From an uncultured Chthonomonadaceae bacterium (GTDB lineage Bacteria; Armatimonadota; Chthonomonadetes; Chthonomonadales; Chthonomonadaceae), in NCBI GenBank assembly GCA_963835065.1, contig CAWIEK010000049.1, forward strand, positions 576,001-640,000: a DNA stretch of 64,000 nucleotides. The letters are read 5' to 3'. Both the position numbers and the translations under genes were made by a program. The notes beneath the pieces are model-generated. The model was not told where the DNA came from. It searched no databases and saw only the letters and a list, made by a program, of their open reading frames with translations. Shown here piece after piece: positions 10,183 to 18,833 of this stretch; positions within the stretch are counted from its first letter, which is position 1; each line of letters begins with the position of its first letter.

Positions 10183-11743
10183 TTACCAGTCGTGGGGCGC
10201 GTAATCCTTTAGGAAGTGGCCGTAAAGCGGGAGTTTCGGGCGCGTTGACGCCCTGCGCGATGGGATCATAGAGACGCGCCGCGCCGTCGAGGATGTCGAG
10301 CGGCGTGTAAAAGCCTCTTTCTTCCTGCAGGTACGTTTTCTTGGCGTGGGGGTTCTCGTCCGTAATCCAGCCCGTGTCCACGCTGTTCATGTAAATGCCG
10401 TCCTGCGCGTAATCGGCGGCGGACGTGCGCGTCATCATGTTCAGGGCGGCTTTTGCCATGTTCGTATGGGGATGAAACACGGTTTTGGTTTCGCGCCCGA
10501 ACTGCCCCTCCATTGCCGACACGTTTATGATAAACCGACGCGCAAACGGCGAGCGCAGCAGGAGCGGTTTCAGTTGGCTGTTGAGCAAAAACGGCGCGAC
10601 GGCGTTCACCAACTGCGTTTCCAGCATTTCGACGGCGCTAACTTCGTGCAAACGCAACGCCCAACTATTGACGGGGCGCGCATCCAATCTCTGCCCGTCC
10701 GCATCCCAAACATCGGGCGGAAAGTACGCGCTCATATTGCCCGGCAAGTGTCCGGCATACCCCGCCTGTGTTTCCAGCAAAGGAGAACGAAACAGGGAAT
10801 CAGGCGTGACGGTTGCTGTAGTAACTTCGGGCGCGTATGGCAAGTCCCTACCTGCATTTGTTGCTTCGGTCAGGGACAAGGGCGCATTTGCGGCCTGCTG
10901 TTCGGCTTCCAGCAGGTGTTGGTAAAAGGAAAGCGGGCGCTTGATGGTCTGCGCGGCGTTGTGGATGACAATATCAAGAGAGGGAAGCGTTTCCAAAAGA
11001 TGCTGCGCGAACGCCTCCACGCTCGGCAAATGCCGCAAATCCAGCGCGTGAACATGCAGACGCGCTTGCCACTCCGCCCAATCCGGCTCCGCGTGGAAAC
11101 GGACAAGCGCGTCGTGGGCAAATCGCGTCGTGACATGCACCGTCGCGCCGTCGCGCAGCAGCCGCAACACTATCTGATACCCGATCTTGATACGCCCGCC
11201 CGTGACCAGCGCAATCCGTCCCGTCAAATCGGCGCGCTGCATCCGCTTTGCATAGTTCAGTTCGGCGCAATCCGGGCATAACAGATGGTAGAAGAAGTGC
11301 AGCCGCGTATACATTCGCTTGCAGATATAGCAGCGGGTCGCTTTATGGAGGGTGTTCCGAGCAGGAGCATTGGCGTCAACAGGAATGTTCGTATCGGCAG
11401 GAGTGTTGGCTTCAGCAGAAGCACTGGTATGGGCGGGAATATCGGCTTCAGCAGTGGCGTTGGTATCGGCAGGGGCAATCAGTACAGGCGTATTGTCGGC
11501 ATCGCCCTGCCCTGTCTGCGCCCGCCCGGATTGCGCCTGCACAAGTTGCGTATCCGCCTTTGCCTGCCGGTCTTCCTGCCGCAGCGTTTCCCGGTTCGCC
11601 TGCCGCTCACCCTTTTTGCCCGTTTTGTGGATTTTGGCGATTAATGCCTTCATCCGCGCATCGTCGCTGATAACGCCGGGATCGTCGGCAATGCGCTGCA
11701 ACACGCTCAGGCAGATTTCCAGTTCCTGCGGAGGAATGTTCAT
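10183..11743 (-). CDS. Extended SDR-family oxidoreductase with N-terminal CYIC...CPDC motif; +1 frameshift near 10230
   Basis: ALVTGGRIKIG, HNAAQT, NVSAMEG, HTNMAKAALNMMTRT, VDTGWI; removing one C restores PLYGHFLKDYAPHDW* ending at 10183. Confidence 0.85.
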
Positions 11744-11744
11744 G

Positions 11745-11862
11745 TCGGTGTTCAGGTATTCAGGTATTCAGGTGTTCGGGAAATGCAAGAGCACCGAAGT
11801 TTGCTCTGCGGCTGCAAGGCTATTACCTGAACACCCGAATACCTGAATACCTGAACACCGAA
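11745..11862. repeat. Inverted pair of octamer arrays (GGTRTTCA)n ... (CCTGAAYA)n
   Basis: Read directly in sequence. Confidence 0.8.
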
Positions 11863-11868
11863 AGAGTG

Positions 11869-11941
11869 TGGGGACCGGAAGGGATCGAACCTTCAACCTC
11901 GGATATGTTTGCCGCGCTCTTCCGTTTAAGCTACGATCCCC
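11869..11941 (-). ncRNA. tRNA-like RNA with intact acceptor, D and T arms but shortened, non-canonical anticodon arm
   Basis: GGGGATCG TA GCTT AAACGGAA GAGC G CGG-CAAACATAT-CCG AGGTT GAAGG TTCGATC CCTTC CGGTCCCC A. Confidence 0.75.
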
Positions 11942-12012
11942 ATGACAAGGCGCGCGGCTGTTAGTTCCGCCTTGCCGTGCTGTTCTCCTTCTTCTGGATA
12001 CGTTTCCTGCTG

Positions 12013-12546
12013 TCACTCCCCATTTTTCCAGCACAAAATAAAGTGTTCCTGCTCGTCTTCGAGGGGGTAGTGGTGTTTGGGCAGGTCTTTGCGCCAGTCT
12101 TCAATCTGGGCAATCGCTTCCCGTCCGGTCATGCCGTGCCGAACCAGCCAGCAGCCGACAACCGTACTTGTGCGTCCATGCCCGCCCCAGCAATGCACAT
12201 ACGTTGGAATGTTAGTCTGAACGGATTCATCTATCGCGTCCAAAATTTGCTTCATGTCGGCAGGCGCGGGAACCCAGGCGTCGCGGATGGCGAACCGCAG
12301 GCACTCCACCTGCAAGCCCTGCGCGGTTGCCGCTTCCGTCAATTGCGGCGCGTAGGGAACGAAGGTTTTCCTGTCCCATCCAGTTTCGGTTTCTTCCATC
12401 AGGTTGACAACGCGCCGGATGCCACACGCCACCAGCCCACGTACTTTGGCTGCTCGCTTGGCCTCGTCCACGTCGCCGGGATACTGCCCCGCGCAGAGCA
12501 GTCCCGGCTTGACCCAAAAACTCTGTTCAAACGGTTTCGGCTGCAT
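12013..12546 (-). CDS. Dual-specificity / protein-tyrosine phosphatase family protein
   Basis: CX5R loop YVHCWGGHGRT; AGQYPG N-terminal motif; FAIRD acid loop. Confidence 0.9.
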   Translation of the reverse strand: MQPKPFEQSFWVKPGLLCAGQYPGDVDEAKRAAKVRGLVACGIRRVVNLMEETETGWDRKTFVPYAPQLTEAATAQGLQVECLRFAIRDAWVPAPADMKQILDAIDESVQTNIPTYVHCWGGHGRTSTVVGCWLVRHGMTGREAIAQIEDWRKDLPKHHYPLEDEQEHFILCWKNGE

Positions 12547-12576
12547 AAGGATATGTCCTTGTTGATATTTCCCGTA

Positions 12577-13308
12577 TTACGAACGCGCGGCGATACAGAG
12601 GCTGCTGCCCGTAATGGAAACCGTAACGCCATCCGCTGCCAGCGCGCCGAGATTGAGTTTGGTCTTGCAGATGCGAACGCGCCTGCCGCTCCACACCCGC
12701 ACCACCGGCGATTGCGTATTTGCGGTTGCCGTATGGGAGGCGGACAACTCCACAACCAGTTTACCCTGTTCGGCGCGAACCGTCAGCGCGTCGCCATCCG
12801 ACCAGCCCAACTGCGCAATGATACAGCGGGAAATCGCCAGCGCGCCATCCTGCCTTCCCGCAGAGGAGCGTTGGAAAGACGTAGAACTCTTTTGTCTGTT
12901 CGTCGCGCTAACCTTTACGGAGCGGGTCAACAGGCCGAGGGGGTCGGAAGCCACGCAATCGGACATATCGCGCGCTTGATCGGCGGGAACGGGCGGCAAA
13001 GCGTCCTGATTTAAGGCGGCGTAATCCCCCACCCGCGCCGATTGATGATGATACAGGTACGCCTGAGCCGTTTTGGTTCCGCCGTCCGTCGTCACATCCA
13101 TCAACTGCCGGTCATAATCGTAGTACGCCATCGCGCCCGAATTGTAAATGTCGCGCACCACTTCCGCCACATCCCGATGCCGGACGGGGTACTTGGCGAT
13201 CTTGAGCGCGTTGGACACATCCAGCGCGGTAAAGGTATCTTTCGCCTGCATGCGCTGCAATACTTCATTTTCCACGATGTTCATCAACGGGACGCTTGCG
13301 TTACACAT
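12577..13308 (-). CDS. Hypothetical protein: winged-helix-like N-domain plus two AbrB/MazE-like repeats
   Basis: AAGGAG RBS; DGALAISRCIIAQLGWSDGDALTVRAEQGKLVV and a second GRRVRICKTKL...VTVSITGSSLCI unit. Confidence 0.6.
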   Translation of the reverse strand: MCNASVPLMNIVENEVLQRMQAKDTFTALDVSNALKIAKYPVRHRDVAEVVRDIYNSGAMAYYDYDRQLMDVTTDGGTKTAQAYLYHHQSARVGDYAALNQDALPPVPADQARDMSDCVASDPLGLLTRSVKVSATNRQKSSTSFQRSSAGRQDGALAISRCIIAQLGWSDGDALTVRAEQGKLVVELSASHTATANTQSPVVRVWSGRRVRICKTKLNLGALAADGVTVSITGSSLCIAARS

Positions 13309-13588
13309 AATCTTTGTCTCCTTGCCTGATGCTGCGCAGTTGGTACGGTTTGTATGCTGGTGGGGAAAGGCTGCGCCGCTCTCGGCGTTCCGTCCCTGTT
13401 ACCTTGATACTCCCTTCACCACGCCGGAAGGGGAAAGGGGAGAAAAGAAAAAAAAAGAAAAGAAGAAAAGGAGAAAAGGAGAAGAGGAGACGGAATACGG
13501 TAGACAGTAGAATCTCAATCGGCAATCGGCAATCACAACCCCGAATGCCGAACACCTGAACACCTGAACACCTGAACACCTGAAACAG

Positions 13589-13617
13589 CAAAAACCCCGC
13601 CGACGTGGACGGGGTTG
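13589..13617 (-). terminator. Intrinsic terminator
   Basis: AACCCCG...CGGGGTT followed by T run on minus strand. Confidence 0.6.
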
Positions 13618-13728
13618 ATTGCGTGGGAGCATGAACGTTCTCCCTTGTAAAATATGCGGTGGCGATTTCCGGCGCTCAGGTACGGGATTTCCGAACACCT
13701 GAACACCGAATACCGAACACCGATTTGG

Positions 13729-14025
13729 TTATGCGCGGGCGTGGCGCTCGTGCAGCCACGCGCCCTGGCTGATGCGGCGCATTTTGCTGTTGTTTGCCAG
13801 CGCGTAGGAAGCGTGGGCCGCGCTCAGGCGGGCCATCTGGCTCAGGGCCAGGTCGCTTTCCACGTCCAGCGCGGTTTCAACATGCAGGTGCGCGTAGCCC
13901 CCCGCATTGGTTTCCAGCAGGTGAACCAGACGCTCCAGCGCTTCCTCGCGGGTCGGCTCCACCGTCTGCTTGCTTTGATTGTGCTGACTGATCTGGCACT
14001 TCCGTTCCATCAACATGGCAGTCAT
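13729..14025 (-). CDS. Small hypothetical protein (98 aa from MTAMLMERK)
   Basis: Purine-rich RBS-like sequence before ATG at 14025; no recognisable family. Confidence 0.55.
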   Translation of the reverse strand: MTAMLMERKCQISQHNQSKQTVEPTREEALERLVHLLETNAGGYAHLHVETALDVESDLALSQMARLSAAHASYALANNSKMRRISQGAWLHERHARA

Positions 14026-14300
14026 GGCCTCGTTTCCTTTCTGCACTCGCTTCCCAACTTCAATGCGCAATTCGCCGGTTTCCGGCGTTCCGATGCGCTT
14101 GCCGGCGCGGCGTACCGCGCTTTTAATGATAAGATGGCATGTAGTATTCACTCAATTCTCCTCATGGATCCCGGAAAGTGTGCGGCCTCGTGACCGTATT
14201 CTTTCCTGCTTGCATGAACGTCTGCTCATTGGCTTTGTGACACATCTAAATTCGTGACACCTGCGATACAGCGTTCAAGTTCTTGTCTGCAAATGTTTCC

Positions 14301-14340
14301 AAAACAAAACCCGCCTGGGAACAGGGTTCCGGGGGCGGGC
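14301..14340 (-). terminator. Intrinsic terminator / attenuator
   Basis: CCCGCC...GGCGGG TTTTGTTTT on minus strand, directly 3' of a multi-stem region. Confidence 0.65.
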
Positions 14341-14480
14341 GCAACATGGTAAGCGTTATGGCGACGGGGGCTGTACCCCGACGGCATCACGTTGTTCGCG
14401 CGCCTCGCGTGTGGCGGTCCGCGTATGCGAACCGGACTTCCCACCAGATTATCGGTATTTGGCTGTTGCCCATGTTTGCG
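14341..14480 (-). ncRNA. Candidate structured RNA (sRNA or cis-regulatory leader)
   Basis: Closing stem GCAAACATGG/CCATGTTGC enclosing three hairpins found by eye; not matched to a family I recognise. Confidence 0.4.
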
Positions 14481-14853
14481 TTCTTGTGTCCCGTTGGCTG
14501 GACTGCTACAGATATATACGTTTCAGCGCGTCAGAAAGTGGCTTGGGGATGCTTCGCTTGCTTGCGCTGTCTATGTCTGCAAGAAAATGCGCGGTTTGTG
14601 CATCTTCACTTACATAGACACCCCTTCTGCCCCATTGGTTTCACCTAATTTATAATCTTTTTTCCGGCAGTTCTGCGTCCTTAATTCGCGCTTCCAGAAT
14701 GGCTCAACACCTATATCGCTTTCGATAGTACGGACAGTAAAGAGAATTTCGTTTGCGGGAGTATAGAAAATGTTTCTTTGCTTGCAGCAGGAAAAAGCGC
14801 GGTCAGGCAACAACTAACAGCCAACTTACAAATTAAACGAGGAGAAAACCATT

Positions 14854-16008
14854 ATGCCATCCTATTTGCGTCGCGGGCTTGCCTGTTGCGGCACGGCGCT
14901 GTGCCTGTTGGCGGGCCGCGCCCTGACCGCTCAGAATTCCAATGGGGCTGCAAAGCCGGGGCAGGCGCAGCCACCTTTGTATGAGGAGGAAGTGTCCGCG
15001 TCCAATCCCGTTCGAAGCGAACAGGCGCGCGAATTGGACGCTTATATTGTCGGCTTGAAGAATGACCGCAAGCGGCTGAATCAGTTGTTTACCCCCGATT
15101 ACAGTTCCGTTCGCGCTTATGAAGCGTCCACCCGCAAATTGCGGCAGGCGTTTGCCGACAGCATCGGGTATCCGCCACCCGGAGGGACAACAACGGAAGC
15201 GCCGGATTTCAAGCAGATCGGGGAAGACGCGCTCGGCACGTATTACCGCGTCCATATTCCCATCCTATCGGGCGTTCACGCGGTGGGCATCTACATCGTG
15301 CCCAAAGGCTTGAAAGGCCGCGCGCCGCTTGTGATTGCCATGCACGGCGGGGGCGGCTCGCCTGAAGTGGCCCTGTTTCACGGCGGCGCGAATTACCATG
15401 ACATGGTGCGGGGCGGCGTAAAGCGGGGCTATGTGGTGTTCGCGCCCACGCACCTGTTCAACGCGGAAGGCTATCCCGGCAATGTGCGCAACCAGATGGA
15501 CGAGCGCCTGCGCCTGGTCGGAACCAGCCTCACAGCCGTAGAAATCGCCAAAATCACGCGCAGCCTGGATGTGTTGTGCAAGCGCCCGGAAGTGGATGCA
15601 AAGCGTATTGCGATGGTGGGGCTGTCCTATGGCGGCTATTATGCGCTGGTCACGCCCGCTTTGGAGCCGCGCATCAAAGTGGCGGTGTCAAGCTGTTATT
15701 TCGGCGTACAGGAAGGCCGTTACGAGCGGGACGAATTGGGCGTACCGTCCGACTTCAAGTTCAAGGATCGGTTCACCCTGCTGCGCGACCCCGAAATCGT
15801 CGCTTTGATCTGCCCGCGCCCGCTCCAGATACAGGCCGGTTCGCATGACGACAGCGACCACCGCGATCCGGGCGTCCGTCAGGCTCCGCTTGCCGCCGAG
15901 TATTACAAGAAGTTAGGGCGAAGCGAGGCTTTTCAATTCGAAGTCTTCGAGGGCGGGCACGAGTTCTTCGACGCGCCCGCGTGGGAGTTTCTGCAAAAGC
16001 ATTTGTAG
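14854..16008 (+). CDS. Secreted alpha/beta hydrolase (dienelactone hydrolase / esterase-like)
   Basis: AGGAG RBS, signal peptide, HGGGG, GLSYGG nucleophile elbow, C-terminal GGHEF. Confidence 0.85.
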   Translation: MPSYLRRGLACCGTALCLLAGRALTAQNSNGAAKPGQAQPPLYEEEVSASNPVRSEQARELDAYIVGLKNDRKRLNQLFTPDYSSVRAYEASTRKLRQAFADSIGYPPPGGTTTEAPDFKQIGEDALGTYYRVHIPILSGVHAVGIYIVPKGLKGRAPLVIAMHGGGGSPEVALFHGGANYHDMVRGGVKRGYVVFAPTHLFNAEGYPGNVRNQMDERLRLVGTSLTAVEIAKITRSLDVLCKRPEVDAKRIAMVGLSYGGYYALVTPALEPRIKVAVSSCYFGVQEGRYERDELGVPSDFKFKDRFTLLRDPEIVALICPRPLQIQAGSHDDSDHRDPGVRQAPLAAEYYKKLGRSEAFQFEVFEGGHEFFDAPAWEFLQKHL

Positions 16009-16034
16009 ACCTGCAAAAGCATTTGCAAAGCAGA

Positions 16035-17069
16035 TTAGCCGGTCATGGTCATGGCAGCGTTTTCGCGTTCCGCGTACCGCGCCATGACCTCATACCAGTT
16101 GGCAATGGGCAGCGCGTCCGGCAGGGAAAGATCGGCGTAGACGCGGCGGCACAACGCGCTGAAGTCCGCATACCGTTCGCTGCGCCAGGCGATTGAGAGT
16201 TCCCGTAAGGGTTTTTCATGCAGATTGCCGAGCGCATATCGCCGCGCAAACCCGTACTGTATCGGCGTGACCATGCCATCGGCTTCCACGACAAGCGGGG
16301 AAAGAAGCGCGGACAGAGGCCGGTTTTTCGGGTCCGTGCAGGCGGGACCGCCATAAACCACGTCGGGATTCTGGCGCAGCGCCTCGCGTCCGATGTAATC
16401 TACCTGAAGCGTCATTCGTCCCGCTGTCTTCTGGCGAATTCGCTCCACTTCCAAACAGGCATAAGCGCCTTCAATCGTATCCGGGTAGCTTCCCGCGCAC
16501 CGCTCCTGCGCGCGCCCTGCTTCTTCAAGCGGATGAATTTGCAGCAACGCCGCGCCCTGTTCCAGAGCGAAATCCGCCACCCATTCCAGCTCATCTAAAT
16601 TGTACTGTGTCAGGGTGAAAATGAATCCGAAGGGAACCCCGCTTGCGCGCGCGTTCGGCAAGTTGGCCTGCATCGCCTCAAAAGCGCGTTCTGAAGCGCG
16701 GTTGCGGTTGTGGGAAGCGGGAACGCCATCGAGGCTGATCGCCAGAACGTCGAGCCACTCACGCAAAGGTTCCAGTCGTTTTGCGTCAAGCAACATCCCA
16801 TTCGAGGTGACAGTGGTTTTCATGCCGCAGGCGCAGGCATGGCGCAGCAGGTCGCCAAGCGGCTTGTAGAGGACGGGTTCCCCGCCGGAAAAAGAGGCGG
16901 TCGTATAGCCTTCGCGCGCGGCATCCGTCAGGGCTTCGCAGAGGAGCGCGGCGTCAAGCTGCCCGCGCTCCTCCGGCCCGGACGATGAATAACAATGCAG
17001 GCATTGCAGATTACACCGGCGGGTCGGGTGTATCTGAATGACGCGGCTGGTTTCACCGGTGGGGGGCAT
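16035..17069 (-). CDS. Radical SAM protein
   Basis: CNLQCLHC (CxxxCxxC), SGGEP, TSNG, ISLDG motifs. Confidence 0.92.
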   Translation of the reverse strand: MPPTGETSRVIQIHPTRRCNLQCLHCYSSSGPEERGQLDAALLCEALTDAAREGYTTASFSGGEPVLYKPLGDLLRHACACGMKTTVTSNGMLLDAKRLEPLREWLDVLAISLDGVPASHNRNRASERAFEAMQANLPNARASGVPFGFIFTLTQYNLDELEWVADFALEQGAALLQIHPLEEAGRAQERCAGSYPDTIEGAYACLEVERIRQKTAGRMTLQVDYIGREALRQNPDVVYGGPACTDPKNRPLSALLSPLVVEADGMVTPIQYGFARRYALGNLHEKPLRELSIAWRSERYADFSALCRRVYADLSLPDALPIANWYEVMARYAERENAAMTMTG

Positions 17070-17072
17070 TGT

Positions 17073-17417
17073 TTATCCCTGATGCAGCGTTTGCGCATGA
17101 AGCGCTTCCGCCGGAATCTCGAACTCGACAGCGATTTCGTCTATGACCGGGATGCCATAGGGGAAGAGGCGAAGGTGTCCGCCATATTGGGTAAGCGGCC
17201 CGACGACATGGCCCAGCGATTGGGGGGTCGTGTGGTAGGTTCCCACATATTCCAAAACGGGCGGGATACCGCGCGTTAAAATCTTTTTCAGCGCGGTGTT
17301 CTCAATTTGCGCTACGCGCGAAAAGAGTTCGAGGTGTTTGTCCTGGACATTGGGGTGCGCGCCAAGTCGTTCGCGCAGCATCTTCACGGAACCACGTTCC
17401 TGTTCCATCGTAGTCAT
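17073..17417 (-). CDS. Small radical-SAM partner protein with two GIP motifs
   Basis: AAGGAGG RBS; stop 3 nt before the rSAM start; TRGIPP and FPYGIPV. Confidence 0.75.
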   Translation of the reverse strand: MTTMEQERGSVKMLRERLGAHPNVQDKHLELFSRVAQIENTALKKILTRGIPPVLEYVGTYHTTPQSLGHVVGPLTQYGGHLRLFPYGIPVIDEIAVEFEIPAEALHAQTLHQG

Positions 17418-17652
17418 CCTCCTTGCAATCCGTTGCGACGGGGCTTAATGTATATCTACACTGCATTGTGGAAATACATCTTCCGTCGAAAACAAGTATA
17501 CGACACTTTCATATTTTTGTCAAGATTATAAAAATATTCAAAATTATTAATCCGCTTGGATCCAGCCTACTCTTATGGAACCTGACGGCGTGGAGTTCGT
17601 CTAGTGCATGGAACGAGAAATCATCGGGACAAGCAGGGAGATAATAAACATC

Positions 17653-18342
17653 ATGAAACGTTTTCGCAAAGCGCTGCTGGCGCTGGCGGCGCTTTTGGGC
17701 GTCGTGATTGTCGGCGGCATCTGGCTCCTCAATAGCGCCCTGAACGTGGCGAGCGACGTGGTAGACAGCACGCTCGGAGGCGCGCAAAAAGTGCAGGCAG
17801 CGGCGCAGAAAGAAGTTGTCGGAGTGGCGCGGGGCGCGCAGAACGGCGCAAAAGCAGCCCTGTCCGGCGCGGAACATTCTCTTGACATGCTGGACAAACC
17901 CGCGCCTGCGCCCTCGCCCACAAAGGACGCGCCGACGATACCGCCTGCCAACAAGACGCCGGAGCAAATCGCCGACAAAGGCGCGAGCAGTGCGCCAAAA
18001 CCGGTGGCGGAGAAAAATCCAAAGGAAGAAGATGACACGCTGGCCGGCATTGGCGGCCTCGTAAGTATGTTCCTCAACGATGGCGATGATGCTTCAGATA
18101 TTACGGATTTGCTGACGATGGGCGACAAGGAAACAAAGGCCGATAAGGACGCAAAGGGCGATAAGCCGGACAGCAAGAACGCCGATGATTCGCTGACGGA
18201 CATGATTCCCGGAGCCAACTCGCCCACCGTAAAAGGCTGGATGGCCGGCAAGTACAAAGGCAAAGAATCACAAGCGCTGGACGACGCTCTGGAAGACCCC
18301 AAAATCTGGCGGCTGGTTTTCTTCCTCGGCGGCGGCATCTAA
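17653..18342 (+). CDS. Hypothetical membrane-anchored low-complexity protein
   Basis: N-terminal TM helix, Ala/Pro/Asp/Lys-rich body, hairpin downstream at 18367-18393. Confidence 0.65.
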   Translation: MKRFRKALLALAALLGVVIVGGIWLLNSALNVASDVVDSTLGGAQKVQAAAQKEVVGVARGAQNGAKAALSGAEHSLDMLDKPAPAPSPTKDAPTIPPANKTPEQIADKGASSAPKPVAEKNPKEEDDTLAGIGGLVSMFLNDGDDASDITDLLTMGDKETKADKDAKGDKPDSKNADDSLTDMIPGANSPTVKGWMAGKYKGKESQALDDALEDPKIWRLVFFLGGGI

Positions 18343-18833
18343 GCAGTTGATAGTTGATAGTTGATAGGGGAGCAGGCGTTTTCGCTGCTCCCCTGTCATT
18401 TGCCAGGCTTATCAAAGTCTTGCGTTCCTGTATGATCTCTTTCACGCCTATGTACTAATAAATAGACAGCCTTTCTCCAACACTCTGCTCCTCGCCTTGA
18501 AGTCGTTGTTTATCTATTCCTCTGCCTTTTACTCCTCCTGGGTCTGTGTTCTGCGGCGATGTTGGGTTAGCCTCTTCCAATTTTCCATCCCCCTGGTCAG
18601 GCTGTGTCAAGTTGCGTCAACTAAATCAAATTGAGTCAAGTTGAATTCATTGCAGGGAGAGTGACCAAGTTGATCAAGGCGGCCCTTGCGTTCCGCCAAC
18701 AAGTCTGTAATACTTGTCAGTACGAAGTATGCAGAACAGATGTTGTTGCAGCGTATATATCAATGGTCGCAATGCTGATTTTACTTCCTATCAAAATGCG
18801 CGGCGAACTACAAGCACAAGGAGCAGAACCATT

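Noticed and set aside
11869..11941. Functional tRNA-Met(CAT) or YrlA Y RNA
   Set aside because: Anticodon arm is too short and lacks U33; arm order is not permuted and no Ro/TROVE gene is nearby
14415..14450. Cobalamin riboswitch (GGGAAGTCCGGT)
   Set aside because: The following conserved elements (CCCGC.ACTGT, B12 box) are not present
18600..18680. Repeated CAAGTTG words upstream of the DUF1611 gene
   Set aside because: Irregular spacing and short length; not enough to call an operator array
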